Shown: positions 26,718 to 36,515, counted from the first letter of the stretch. The stretch: DNA of 50,378 nt from an uncultured Bacteroidia bacterium (GCA_964352745.1 CAYGTH010000004.1:1-50378); one strand, 5' to 3'. The notes: generated from the sequence alone by a model not told the origin. Made by a program: numbers and translations.

Positions 26718-27239
26718 ATGAAATTGCATAAACTGTTTTTGCTTGCCGGTCTGCTGGCCTTCTTTTTTCTCCAAAGCTGCGTAGAAGAATGCGATCCTGA
26801 ACTCAACGACTCAGTAGGAGAACAATTTTTTACGGTGGTCTACCAAACCCCCACAGGAGACAACTACCTTCAGTCTATCTACAACCTCTCCAATGTCGTT
26901 GTGTTTTTGGATACCACCGGAGGCGAAGACAAGGTTCCCCAGTTTGAACTCATCTCCCCCGGTTTTAAAGACGATGCATTCGGACCGTTTTTTTATACAG
27001 AACGCTACCTTGTACCGGAAACAGGCGAGCCCAATACGGTTACGCTTTATGGTATCCCTTACCGTTTTGATTATTACATCAAGAAAGACACTTATGGTCA
27101 GGACACTATTTCGGTAGAATTTCTCATGGAAGTAGATGAATGTAATAACTTCTGGAAATCGATTAAATACTACTACAACGGCGATTTATTGCCGGAGTTT
27201 AATGATGCAGAACAGGCTGAGATTGTAGTGGTAGAGTAA
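26718..27239 (+). CDS. hypothetical lipoprotein
   Basis: 173 aa. It has a signal peptide with a lipobox-like FLQSC. I recognise no family. Confidence 0.5.
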   Translation: MKLHKLFLLAGLLAFFFLQSCVEECDPELNDSVGEQFFTVVYQTPTGDNYLQSIYNLSNVVVFLDTTGGEDKVPQFELISPGFKDDAFGPFFYTERYLVPETGEPNTVTLYGIPYRFDYYIKKDTYGQDTISVEFLMEVDECNNFWKSIKYYYNGDLLPEFNDAEQAEIVVVE

Positions 27240-27263
27240 CCTTCCACGGAAAAACCCATTTGC

Positions 27264-27303
27264 TACGCAGGTGCTTGTATGAGAACGTACAGGCACCTGC
27301 GTA
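27264..27303 (+). terminator. stem-loop after the lipoprotein gene
   Basis: A perfect 11-bp stem, TACGCAGGTGC ... GCACCTGCGTA, with an 18-nt loop. The T-tail is weak. Confidence 0.45.
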
Positions 27304-27375
27304 TTCATTTCCCCTTGTCAATTAAGCGGGCATTGTTCTATCTTGCGTCCGTAACAATAAACCGGTATTGCCCTT

Positions 27376-28599
27376 ATGGATCTACGAAATAATATTCAGC
27401 ACCTGTCTAACGATATTTATGAAGAAGTAATCGAGATGCGGAGACATATTCACGCCCATCCCGAGCTTTCCTTCGAAGAAAAAGAGACTTCTGCCTATGT
27501 AAAAAAGCAGTTGGAGGCACTTGGACTGGAAGTTGAAACAGGTTTTGCAGATCAGGGCCTTGTAGGATATGTTCGGGGCACACAGGGCCCGGATACAGGC
27601 CATACGCTTGCTCTCAGGGCGGATATGGATGCTCTCCCCATACAGGAGGCGAATGACGTCCCTTACCGGTCCCAGAATGCTGGTGTCATGCATGCCTGCG
27701 GCCATGATGTACATACCTCCTCGCTCCTGGGCACAGCTCGTATTTTAGCTCAGGTCCGGGATCAGTTTTCCGGGACCATCAAGCTCATTTTCCAACCGGC
27801 CGAAGAAAAGCTACCAGGCGGGGCATCCCTGATGATTCGCGATGGGGCGCTTCGCAATCCTGATGTACAGGCCATTTTGGGACAGCATGTACAGCCATTT
27901 GTTGACCAGGGGAAAATCGGTATCCGACCGGGTATGTATATGGCCTCTGCCGATGAAATCTATATCCGGGTAATTGGAAAAGGGGGCCATGCTGCACATC
28001 CTGCCCATTTTATTGATCCGGTCATGATTGCTGCTCAAATGCTCGTAACGCTACAGCAAGTTGTGAGTCGATCTGATCCGCGTATTCCCACGATCTTATC
28101 TTTTGGAAAAATCATAGCAGAAGGGGCCACCAATGTAATTCCCAATGAAGTAACAATAGCAGGCACTCTTCGAACAATGGATGAAACCTGGCGTGAACAG
28201 GCAAAACAAAAAATCCATGATACTTGTCAGGGAGTCGCTTCAGCACTGGGCGGAAAAGTAGAAGTCGATATCGTTCATGGCTATCCCGTCTTGCATAATG
28301 ACGAAAGCCTCACCCTCACCTCGCGTGAATTAATCGCGGATTATGTGGGAGAAGAAAATATCGTTGACCTGGACTTATGGATGGCAGCTGAAGATTTTGC
28401 CTATTACACCCATGAAGTTCCTGGTTGCTTTTATCGTTTGGGCACCCGAAATGAAGCAAAAGGAATCGTCCATGGCTTACATACGCCTTTTTTTGACATC
28501 GATGAGGAAGCCATGAGAACTTCCACCGGTCTGATGGCATGGTTGGCTGTCAAGCAATTACACGAAATGAAAAGGAAGGGGCGGGAGGAGGGGAATTAA
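27376..28599 (+). CDS. M20D-family amidohydrolase (N-acyl-L-amino acid amidohydrolase / hippurate hydrolase-like)
   Basis: 407 aa. Motifs seen: HAHPELSFEE, MHACGHD, and the overall M20D pattern. Confidence 0.8.
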   Translation: MDLRNNIQHLSNDIYEEVIEMRRHIHAHPELSFEEKETSAYVKKQLEALGLEVETGFADQGLVGYVRGTQGPDTGHTLALRADMDALPIQEANDVPYRSQNAGVMHACGHDVHTSSLLGTARILAQVRDQFSGTIKLIFQPAEEKLPGGASLMIRDGALRNPDVQAILGQHVQPFVDQGKIGIRPGMYMASADEIYIRVIGKGGHAAHPAHFIDPVMIAAQMLVTLQQVVSRSDPRIPTILSFGKIIAEGATNVIPNEVTIAGTLRTMDETWREQAKQKIHDTCQGVASALGGKVEVDIVHGYPVLHNDESLTLTSRELIADYVGEENIVDLDLWMAAEDFAYYTHEVPGCFYRLGTRNEAKGIVHGLHTPFFDIDEEAMRTSTGLMAWLAVKQLHEMKRKGREEGN

Positions 28600-29339
28600 C
28601 CGACTTCAATCACCTTCATTTTGAGCAGTGCGTCTTCGGAAGCACTTTGCTCTGCAGATTTTTTATTTTTGCCTTCTCCTACGCCGAGGACTTTTTCGCC
28701 GACTTTTGCCTGGATACGGAAAATTTTGTTTCGACCATCTCCCTTTTCACCAATTACCTCAAAGCTCAGAATCCCCATCTTTGCACGCTGAATGTGCTCG
28801 ATGAGTTTATTCTTGTGGCTGATAATCTGGTTTTCGACACGGGTCAGATGGATATGTGGCTCGATAATCTGCTTAAAGATAAATCGCTTCGTTCTTTGGT
28901 AGCCCAAATCGAGATACACTGCCCCAATAAATGCCTCTAGCGCATCTCCGTACATCGATTCATTAACAGATCCAGACTGATTGTGCTGAATCAAGCGATC
29001 GATTGCCAGTTTCCGGCAAATATTATTGAGGGATTTCCGATTGACAATTTTGGACCTCATTTCTGTGAGGAATCCTTCGTCTTTCAAGGGATATATCTTA
29101 AACAGATATTCCGCAATGACAGAGTCGAGGATCGAGTCCCCCAAAAATTCCAGCCGCTCATTGCACCCACGGGCAACTTCAACTTTTTTCTTGGATCGGC
29201 GAATAGATGAACTATGTGTAAGTGCCAGCCGATACAGAAAGACCTCACTAGGTACATACCCAGAGATTCGACTAACCTCTTTCACGAATTCTTTATCGAG
29301 CGAGAAGTGGAAATTATAAAATTGCTTCGGTGTCAACAT
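28596..29339 (-). CDS. rnc: ribonuclease III
   Basis: 247 aa. It has the ERLEFLGDSILD signature and a C-terminal dsRBD (GEGKNKKSAEQSASEDAL). Confidence 0.9.
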   Translation of the reverse strand: MLTPKQFYNFHFSLDKEFVKEVSRISGYVPSEVFLYRLALTHSSSIRRSKKKVEVARGCNERLEFLGDSILDSVIAEYLFKIYPLKDEGFLTEMRSKIVNRKSLNNICRKLAIDRLIQHNQSGSVNESMYGDALEAFIGAVYLDLGYQRTKRFIFKQIIEPHIHLTRVENQIISHKNKLIEHIQRAKMGILSFEVIGEKGDGRNKIFRIQAKVGEKVLGVGEGKNKKSAEQSASEDALLKMKVIEVG

Positions 29340-29426
29340 AAAATCTGTTCCAAAATAGCAAAAAGCCTACCGAATCACAAGTCATGAGATACCCGAATTT
29401 TTACAGGTTGCCCTTCTTTTCAGACC

Positions 29427-29580
29427 ACACTACTAGACAAAATTTTTCTTGCTTGTTTTTTTGACAGGATTTACAAGATTAACAGGATATAAATAGCCTG
29501 ATTGATAGGATTTTGATCCTGTAAACCCTGTTGATCCTGTCTGGAAATAAAATTTTTGGTATGAAATGTCTAGTAGTATG
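29427..29580. mobile_element. 154-bp palindromic MITE-like element flanked by a 10-bp direct duplication
   Basis: TTTTCAGACC occurs at 29417-29426 and again at 29581-29590. An 11-bp perfect terminal inverted repeat is present: ACTACTAGACA (29429-29439) and TGTCTAGTAGT (29567-29577). The inner arms each hold three ~9-nt nACAGGATn repeats in inverted orientation. It has no coding capacity. Confidence 0.65.
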
Positions 29581-29583
29581 TTT

Positions 29584-30825
29584 TCAGACCTTTTTAAACA
29601 GTACCGAGGCATTATGGCCCCCAAATCCAAAGGTATTGCTAATCGCGACCTTAATATCTCGAGCTTGAGGGGTATTAAAGGTATAATTCAGGTCGCATTC
29701 CGGATCCGGAAACTCGAAGTTGATTGTGGGAGGGACTAACTGATGTTGCATAGCGAGAATAGAAGCAATTGCCTCTACCGCTCCTGCCGCTCCAAGGAGG
29801 TGTCCTGTCATGGATTTGGTAGAACTAATATTTACTGAGCTGGCATGTTCACCAAACACCCGCTTAATAGCCTGTGTCTCACTAATATCCCCCAGAGGAG
29901 TAGAAGTGCCATGTACATTGACATAATCAACCTCTTCAGGTGTTAAACCTGCATCATCTATTACATTTTGCATGACACGCGCAGCACCGTCTCCATCTGC
30001 ACTGGGTGCAGTAATGTGATGGGCGTCTCCGGACATCCCTACGCCACCGACTTCCGCATAAATTTTTGCGCCCCGATTTACCGCATGTTCATACAGTTCG
30101 AGGACAAGTGTTCCTGCGCCTTCTCCCATTACAAATCCATCTCGCTGAGCGTCAAAGGGACGGCTTGCAACGGTATAGTTTTCATTATGGGTCGACAAGG
30201 CCTTCATGGAACCAAAAGCTCCCATACTCACTGGCTGAATAGCCGCCTCAGCTCCCCCTGCCAACATCACATCAGCATATCCACTCTTGATTAGGAGGAA
30301 AGCATCAATGATACAGTTGGTCGAAGTCGCACAAGCAGAAACGCTGGAATAATTTGGGCCTTTCAAACCATAGCGAATAGAAACATGCCCGGCAATGATA
30401 TCTACAATCATTTTGGGAATCAAAAAGGGATTAAACCGAGGTGTCCCGTCTCCCTCTACATAAGATTTTATCTCGTTGTAGAGGCTGTTGATTCCCCCTA
30501 ATCCGGACCCCATGATGACGCCAAACCGGTTTTTATCCAGTTTGTCCTCATTGAAATTTGCATCCGCCATTGCCTCTGCCGTAGCCACCATAGCATAATG
30601 ACAGAAGGGATCCATTTTCCTGGCCTCCCTCCTGTCAAGATGGTCATTGGCATTGAAGCCCTTTACCTCACACGCAAATTTGGTTTTGAACGGTGTCGTG
30701 TCAAAATGCGTGATCAAATTCGCCCCGCTTCTACCGGAGGACAAAGCCTCCCAAAAAGCAGGGATATCATTCCCAATTGGCGTTAATGCACCGATACCGG
30801 TGATAACAACCCTACGCGTTTGCAT
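29584..30825 (-). CDS. fabF: beta-ketoacyl-ACP synthase II
   Basis: 413 aa. It has the active-site Cys context SVSACATS, the His-His pair (AHHITAP, NVHGTST), and GFGGHNA. Confidence 0.95.
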   Translation of the reverse strand: MQTRRVVITGIGALTPIGNDIPAFWEALSSGRSGANLITHFDTTPFKTKFACEVKGFNANDHLDRREARKMDPFCHYAMVATAEAMADANFNEDKLDKNRFGVIMGSGLGGINSLYNEIKSYVEGDGTPRFNPFLIPKMIVDIIAGHVSIRYGLKGPNYSSVSACATSTNCIIDAFLLIKSGYADVMLAGGAEAAIQPVSMGAFGSMKALSTHNENYTVASRPFDAQRDGFVMGEGAGTLVLELYEHAVNRGAKIYAEVGGVGMSGDAHHITAPSADGDGAARVMQNVIDDAGLTPEEVDYVNVHGTSTPLGDISETQAIKRVFGEHASSVNISSTKSMTGHLLGAAGAVEAIASILAMQHQLVPPTINFEFPDPECDLNYTFNTPQARDIKVAISNTFGFGGHNASVLFKKV

Positions 30826-31065
30826 TTAGGACTTGATATTTTCTTCTAGATATCGGGTAGAATCGCCTACTGTCACGATCTTCTCTGCTGCTTCATCAGG
30901 TATACTGATGTTAAATTCTTTTTCAAACTCCATGATTAATTCCACGGTGTCCAAAGAGTCAGCTCCGAGGTCATTGGCAAAGCTTGCTTCAGGAGTTACT
31001 TCCGACGCTTCAACTCCCAGCTTATCAACAATGATTTCCTTTACTCTCTCTGCGATTGATGACAT
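30826..31065 (-). CDS. acpP: acyl carrier protein
   Basis: 79 aa. The phosphopantetheine attachment site is [11 protein letters not shown]. Confidence 0.95.
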   Translation of the reverse strand: MSSIAERVKEIIVDKLGVEASEVTPEASFANDLGADSLDTVELIMEFEKEFNISIPDEAAEKIVTVGDSTRYLEENIKS

Positions 31066-31121
31066 TTTTTTTGCTTTTAAGTTTGTTAATCGTTTATTGA
31101 AAACGTGTAGAAAAATCGGGG

Positions 31122-31129
31122 CAAATATA
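31122..31129 (-). promoter_or_regulatory. candidate -7 promoter box (TAnnTTTG) for acpP-fabF-rnc
   Basis: The minus strand reads TATATTTG, about 57 nt upstream of the acpP ATG. This is a motif match only. Confidence 0.35.
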
Positions 31130-31198
31130 ATATTTTTTAGATTCTTACAACTTGTTATTGCCTACTTATTTCTATTTTCGCATTGCGAAAAAATAATA

Positions 31199-31663
31199 TT
31201 GGCAAAACGAATTCATATACAGGAACCTTTTGATTATCACGAATATGTGATAGGAATCGCTTCAGACGCTCCGATTTGGAAGCTTTGCTGGGACGTAAAT
31301 CAACGCTTGGAGTTAGCGCTCCAAAAGCAAGAAAAAGAAGCTCAAGAGCCCGAAAGACTCAACCGTGCAGAAGAAGTACTCGCAACCTTATTTAAAGAAA
31401 GTGAAGTGCAGCCACCAGGTGGTGTACAGCACTATTATGAAGATTTGGAATCCAACAGAACACTGGAATATACCCTGTTTGAGGCCGATAGAAGCCTTTC
31501 TCCCAAACCAGCCAAGCCATTTCGGTATTTTCTACTGATCAGATCTCATGAAGGAACTGCCCCGGATACGGCCTCAATAATTTCTACCCTTAACCAATCG
31601 GAAATCATATTATCTTCGGTTGATATTTCAGATATTAAAAACATTAAAAACATACTCCTTTGA
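31199..31663 (+). CDS. IPExxxVDY-family-like protein (conserved partner of pyruvate kinase in Bacteroidota)
   Basis: This is the C-terminal 155 codons of ORF 30833..31663. There is no in-frame ATG after acpP; TTG 31199 gives MAKRIHIQEPFDYHEYVIGIASDAPIWKLCWDVNQ... The family motif appears degenerate (KPAKPFRYFLLI). The stop overlaps the pyk TTG start (TTGA). Confidence 0.45.
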   Translation: MAKRIHIQEPFDYHEYVIGIASDAPIWKLCWDVNQRLELALQKQEKEAQEPERLNRAEEVLATLFKESEVQPPGGVQHYYEDLESNRTLEYTLFEADRSLSPKPAKPFRYFLLIRSHEGTAPDTASIISTLNQSEIILSSVDISDIKNIKNILL

Positions 31664-33105
31664 CACGGCACAAATTCAGAAGAACCAAAATCGTCGCCAC
31701 CCTTGGCCCCGCTTGTAGCAATAAGAAAACACTCACCGCAATGGTGAAAGAAGGGCTCGACGTTGCTCGGCTAAATTTTTCTCATGCGGACCATGAAACC
31801 CATGAAAAATCACTAAATCTCGTCCGCTCAATCAATAAAGAGCTGGGAACGAACATCGCAATTCTTCAGGATTTGCAAGGCCCCAAAATTCGAATTGGGG
31901 ATCTGGAAAGTCCTGTAAAAATAAAGACCGGAGATGTCATCACAATTTGCTCCAGCACGACCAAGCATGAGAAAGGACTCATCCCAATCGTTTATGACAC
32001 CTTCGCAAAAGACGTAAATGAAGGGGATCTAATCCTCATCGATGATGGAAAGGTCGAATTGCGGGTAGTTACCACGAATCGGGTAGATAAAGTTCAATTG
32101 CGTATCGAAGGCGGAGACGTGATTCAAAGCAGAAAAGGGGTAAATCTGCCCATGACTAATATTTCTGCCCCCACCGTTACAGAAAAAGATTATCACGATA
32201 TCGATTTTGCTATCAAGCACAAAGTGGATTGGCTGGCCCTTTCGTTCGTTCGGACGGCAGATGACATTCGATTTCTCAAAGAACTGATTCGCCTGAAAAA
32301 CGGAACCAGTCGTATCATCGCAAAAATTGAAAAGCCTGAAGCACTGGTAAATATCGATGAGATTATTGCAGCTTCTGATGCGATCATGGTCGCAAGAGGT
32401 GATTTGGGCGTAGAAATTCCCCTGGAAGAAGTCCCTATGTGGCAGAAACGCATTATCAAGAAATGTAACCTCGCTGCCAAACCGGTAATTGTTGCCACGC
32501 AGGTAATGGAATCCATGATCCAGAATAAGCGCCCTACACGTGCAGAAGCAAATGATGTTGCGAATGCCCTGATAGATGGTGCAGATGCAGTCATGCTCAG
32601 TGGGGAAACATCTGTGGGAAGATATCCCATCGAAGTGATTACCAATATGAACAATATCCTGCGCAGAGTAGAGCGAGAAGATGACGACATCTACTACAAG
32701 AACATGGAATTGTCTGAGGATGTCGAAAATCCCCTTAACAGTGCTGTAATTGCGACTGCCTGCCGACTTGCAAAAGAGTCTAAAGCAAGTGCGATCGTTG
32801 GGATGACCCGTTCGGGATACACAGCCCTGCAACTCTCACATTGTCGGCCCAAAGCGCATATTTATGTCTTTACTGACAATCGTCCGATCCTCAACATGCT
32901 AAACCTCGTATGGGGCATCAAAGCCTTCTACTACGATGGGCAGGTAAGTACCGATCAGACGATTCAGGATGTACATGAGAAGCTCAAAGAGACCGATTTT
33001 GTAGAACCAGGTGATGTCATGGTCAATACTGGTTCAATGCCCCTGCATGAGCAAGGGCTGACGAATATGATCAAAATCAGCCGGGTGAAACCCAAGGGGC
33101 TGTAA
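31660..33105 (+). CDS. pyk: pyruvate kinase
   Basis: 481 aa. Motifs seen: RRTKIVATLGP, MVARGDLGVEIP, and the ATQMLESM-like ATQVMESM. It has an apparent TTG start. Confidence 0.9.
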   Translation: MTRHKFRRTKIVATLGPACSNKKTLTAMVKEGLDVARLNFSHADHETHEKSLNLVRSINKELGTNIAILQDLQGPKIRIGDLESPVKIKTGDVITICSSTTKHEKGLIPIVYDTFAKDVNEGDLILIDDGKVELRVVTTNRVDKVQLRIEGGDVIQSRKGVNLPMTNISAPTVTEKDYHDIDFAIKHKVDWLALSFVRTADDIRFLKELIRLKNGTSRIIAKIEKPEALVNIDEIIAASDAIMVARGDLGVEIPLEEVPMWQKRIIKKCNLAAKPVIVATQVMESMIQNKRPTRAEANDVANALIDGADAVMLSGETSVGRYPIEVITNMNNILRRVEREDDDIYYKNMELSEDVENPLNSAVIATACRLAKESKASAIVGMTRSGYTALQLSHCRPKAHIYVFTDNRPILNMLNLVWGIKAFYYDGQVSTDQTIQDVHEKLKETDFVEPGDVMVNTGSMPLHEQGLTNMIKISRVKPKGL

Positions 33106-33138
33106 GGCTCTCCTTTCGTAGAGTCTCAGAAATTTAAA

Positions 33139-33175
33139 GTTCAATCCGGGAGCCTGGTGGCTTCTCGGATTGAAC
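33139..33175 (+). terminator. stem-loop after pyk
   Basis: GTTCAATCCG (33139-33148) pairs with CGGATTGAAC (33166-33175), with further partial pairing inside. It overlaps the ORF-track start of the next gene, which supports ATG 33218 for that gene. Confidence 0.5.
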
Positions 33176-33217
33176 TTATTCTTCTCTATGGCTTGCTCTC
33201 AAGCTAATTGTTTCTTT

Positions 33218-33982
33218 ATGATCTCCGCTGTCATTATCACCTACAATGAAGCGCGCAATATCGCACGCTGCCTTCAGTCTCTGCAAGGGGTTGCAGACGA
33301 AGTGATTGTGGTTGATTCGATGAGCGAGGATGAGACTCCTGCGATCTGCGCTGAGTATGGGGTGAAATTTATTAGCCAGGAATGGCAAGGCTATGCCAAG
33401 GCCAAAAACACCGGTAATTCCCTCGCGACCCATCCGTATATTTTATCAATCGATGCAGACGAGGCACTTTCACCAGCGCTGAGAGCGGATCTGCTCGTTG
33501 TCAAAGAAGAGTTGTCAGACATAGCTTACTCCTTCCCCAGGCGCAATTATTACTGTGGCCAGGCCATCCGCTACGGGGGCTGGTACCCGGATATCAAAAT
33601 CCGACTATTCCCTCAATCAAAAGGAGAATGGACAGGCGATTTTGTGCATGAAACCCTACAAATCAATTCCGAAACAGTAGTAAAAAAACTCACCGGAGAT
33701 TTACTCCACTATACTTGCTACACGATCGGCGAACATGTGGAACGCATCAATCGCTACTCAAGTCTTGCGGCGGATTCCCTGTTTGTTCGTGGCAAAAAAG
33801 CTTCTCTTTTTCGTCTTTTGCTGAGTCCTACCGTCCGGTTTCTGCAAATTTATTTTCTCAAGCTCGGGTTTCTTGATGGATTTAACGGATACATCATTGC
33901 CAAACTCTCCGCAAAAGCGACCTTTCTGAGGTATGCAAAATTGCGAAGTAAGTGGAAAAATTCATCAAATACTGATGCCTAG
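33218..33982 (+). CDS. family 2 glycosyltransferase (LPS-core type)
   Basis: It has the N-terminal ISAVIITYNE and the DAD motif (SIDADE). The size and C-terminus are typical of KdtX/WaaE-like GT2 enzymes. Confidence 0.75.
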   Translation: MISAVIITYNEARNIARCLQSLQGVADEVIVVDSMSEDETPAICAEYGVKFISQEWQGYAKAKNTGNSLATHPYILSIDADEALSPALRADLLVVKEELSDIAYSFPRRNYYCGQAIRYGGWYPDIKIRLFPQSKGEWTGDFVHETLQINSETVVKKLTGDLLHYTCYTIGEHVERINRYSSLAADSLFVRGKKASLFRLLLSPTVRFLQIYFLKLGFLDGFNGYIIAKLSAKATFLRYAKLRSKWKNSSNTDA

Positions 33983-34069
33983 CGCTCCGGCACAGAATTT
34001 TGCTTTCTCGCCTGCGTTACTAACACATTGTTTTACTCTTTTTCAATTGATTTGCTAACCGTTCGCTGT

Positions 34070-34744
34070 ATGAAATCCCTGCTGGTATCATTTTATCTGT
34101 TGCTCCTGCTCTCTCCCGCTCTATTTGCCCAAAAAACATTCGAAGGAATCATTCGATACAAAATTGAACTCACGGGAGACAATGCGCGTGAAATGGCCGC
34201 GTATATGCCTAAGTCGTATGCGTATCAATTTAAAGGAAACGGAATTCGCTTTCAGATGAATGGGGGGCTGACAGCAGGCATTATGGGGGACATTTTGATC
34301 GATACCAAAAAAGGAGAGGCTTACATGCTCAAAGAAGATTCAAAAACCGCTTACCGAATCAGTACAGCAAGCACTTTTACCGCCCCTACTATCACCGCAA
34401 CAAATGAGACCCTCAACATCCTCGGCTACCGGTGTAAAAAATATAAAGTAAGTACCCCCACAGAACAAGGCAACGTCATTCAGTATGTCTGGGCAACGCC
34501 TGATATAGAACTGGCACCCGCCATCAAAAAGGGCTACAAAACGCCAACAAATGCCGAACAATTGTTGATCGAAGGACTTGATGGTTTCCCCCTGAAAATT
34601 ATGACTACTGTGCCAGAAGGAGGTTTTATCATGGTGATGACGGCTGCTGAGATCGATCTGCAACGGATGGATAAAGCAAACTTTATGATTCCCAAAGGAT
34701 ACGATCGAAAAGATTTTGATGCCAGCATGTTTGGGGGGTATTGA
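34070..34744 (+). CDS. secreted hypothetical protein (DUF4412-like)
   Basis: A signal peptide runs from ATG 34070 (MKSLLVSFYLLLLLSPALFAQ). The beta-rich pattern FEGIIRYKIE...YQFKGNGIRF recalls DUF4412. The family call is weak. Confidence 0.35.
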   Translation: MKSLLVSFYLLLLLSPALFAQKTFEGIIRYKIELTGDNAREMAAYMPKSYAYQFKGNGIRFQMNGGLTAGIMGDILIDTKKGEAYMLKEDSKTAYRISTASTFTAPTITATNETLNILGYRCKKYKVSTPTEQGNVIQYVWATPDIELAPAIKKGYKTPTNAEQLLIEGLDGFPLKIMTTVPEGGFIMVMTAAEIDLQRMDKANFMIPKGYDRKDFDASMFGGY

Positions 34745-34803
34745 TGCTACCGAATCCGTATATTGATCCCCAATCGCTGGTTTTTCACCCATTATTATTG
34801 GTT

Positions 34804-36414
34804 ATGGCATTTCGCTACTTGCTCTTATCTGTTTTGCTTGTTTGGGCTGGGTTTTCTGTTGCCCAGCGTAATCCCGACATCGACATCCTACATTATTCCT
34901 TTCAACTGGAAATTCAGGATGGACAGGATGAGATTTCCGGATTTGCAACGGTGCGCCTTCAATTTCAAGACTCCGGTATTCAGGAGATTCACCTGAATTT
35001 CATCCAAAAAGATCCCCGGACCGCGCGTGGCATGCAGGTAATCAGCATCACCCAGGCCTCTCAGTCGGTTTCCTATACGCATTCTAATAATTTGATCAAA
35101 CTTGATATCAGTCAGGCCCCCAGTAAGTATCAGGAAATTCGAACCTATTCGATTCGATATCGAGGAATCCCTGCAGACGGACTCATTATTTCCCGAAATC
35201 GCTTTGGGGAACGCACTTTTTTTGGTGACAATTGGCCCAATCGGGCACGCAACTGGCTCCCTACTGTAGATCATCCCTCTGACAAGGCCACTGTAGAGTT
35301 TATCATCACTTCACCTGAACACTATGAAGTCATAGCCAATGGCTACAAAGTCGAAGAAAGCGACCTCGGAGGCGGGAAGGTATTGACTCACTGGCGTACC
35401 GATGTTGCGATTCCCACAAAAGTGATGGTCTTCGCTGCGGCGCGGTTCGCTATTCGGCATATGGAACCCATCCACGGAATTCCTGTTCAAAATTGGGTAT
35501 ATCCCCAGGATCGCCAGGCAGGTTTTTATGACTATGCTCCTGCCCGGGATATTTTGCTGTTTCTGGAGAATTATATTGGCCCCTATCCTTTTGAAAAACT
35601 GGCAAATGTCCAGTCCACCACCCGATACGGCGGCATGGAAAATGCCAGCAATATTTTTTATGCAGAAACTTCCGTAACCGGCAGACGCACAGCGGACGAC
35701 CTCCTCGCTCACGAACTGACTCATCAATGGTTTGGAAATTCAGCTTCGGAGGCTGAATGGAATCATATTTGGCTCAGTGAAGGATTTGCCACCTACTTTG
35801 AGAATATCTGGGTAGAATCCACTCAGGGCCGCGACAGCATGGTTATCCGGTTGAAGGCTGAACGGGAAAAAGTGTTTGCGTTTGAAAAGCGCGCTCCGGC
35901 TCCTATCGTACCCCAAGTTGTCTCGGACCCCAACCTATTACTCACGCCCAACTCCTATGAAAAAGCAGGGTGGGTTTTGCACATGCTTCGATCTCAAATC
36001 GGGGATGATGTTTTCCAAACCGGCGTTCGCGACTATTATGCTAAATTCCGGGAAAGCAATGCAGAGACGGAAGACCTTCGCCAAATCATGGAATCCGTTT
36101 CCGGCCAGGATTTGCAATCATTTTTTCAGCAGTGGCTCTATCGCTCTGACCACCCCATTCTGGCCAGTAGCATGAAATATGATGCAGGTAAGCAGAAAAT
36201 CCACCTCACGATACGCCAAATTCAGGAAGGGCCAGCTTACTGGCTACCGCTCGAAATCGGAATCTCGTATAAGGATGCTGACTCCAGCATTCAGCGGGGG
36301 GTTATGCACAAAAAAGAGCAGACTTTTACCTTTCATTCTATTGCTCCGCCTTCGCGGATAGAGTTGGATCCCAATTGCTTTTTATTGATTGAGTCTACTC
36401 CCATCTCGAAATAG
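34804..36414 (+). CDS. M1-family zinc aminopeptidase
   Basis: It has the GGMEN exopeptidase motif, HELTHQWFGN...WLSEGFATY (HExxH-18-E), and a signal peptide from ATG 34804. Confidence 0.85.
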   Translation: MAFRYLLLSVLLVWAGFSVAQRNPDIDILHYSFQLEIQDGQDEISGFATVRLQFQDSGIQEIHLNFIQKDPRTARGMQVISITQASQSVSYTHSNNLIKLDISQAPSKYQEIRTYSIRYRGIPADGLIISRNRFGERTFFGDNWPNRARNWLPTVDHPSDKATVEFIITSPEHYEVIANGYKVEESDLGGGKVLTHWRTDVAIPTKVMVFAAARFAIRHMEPIHGIPVQNWVYPQDRQAGFYDYAPARDILLFLENYIGPYPFEKLANVQSTTRYGGMENASNIFYAETSVTGRRTADDLLAHELTHQWFGNSASEAEWNHIWLSEGFATYFENIWVESTQGRDSMVIRLKAEREKVFAFEKRAPAPIVPQVVSDPNLLLTPNSYEKAGWVLHMLRSQIGDDVFQTGVRDYYAKFRESNAETEDLRQIMESVSGQDLQSFFQQWLYRSDHPILASSMKYDAGKQKIHLTIRQIQEGPAYWLPLEIGISYKDADSSIQRGVMHKKEQTFTFHSIAPPSRIELDPNCFLLIESTPISK

Positions 36415-36515
36415 ATTTTTCGGCAATAGAGACGTCATGATTGCCCGTGAAATTTCGTAGCTTCGCTCCTGCAAGTGTGCCTGGATTGATCCAGATTCGG
36501 CACCGGAATTATCGC

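Noticed and set aside
28596-28599. The 4-nt convergent overlap (TTAA) of the M20 amidohydrolase and rnc stop codons.
   Set aside because: It is just two stop codons sharing a palindromic TTAA. No terminator or other structure is apparent, so it is not informative by itself.
29461-29541. Short repeated nACAGGATn units as a mini CRISPR array.
   Set aside because: The units are 9 nt, directly abutting, and without spacers. They occur as two inverted sets forming a hairpin. No cas genes are in the window.
30833-31198. The N-terminal 122 codons of the 276-aa ORF 30833-31663.
   Set aside because: This part is antisense to acpP and then crosses the acpP promoter region. Only the part from TTG 31199 onward resembles a conserved protein.
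32029-32832. A 267-aa minus-strand ORF (and the 165-aa ORF at 32193-32690).
   Set aside because: Both are antisense to pyruvate kinase and have no motifs. They are shadow ORFs.
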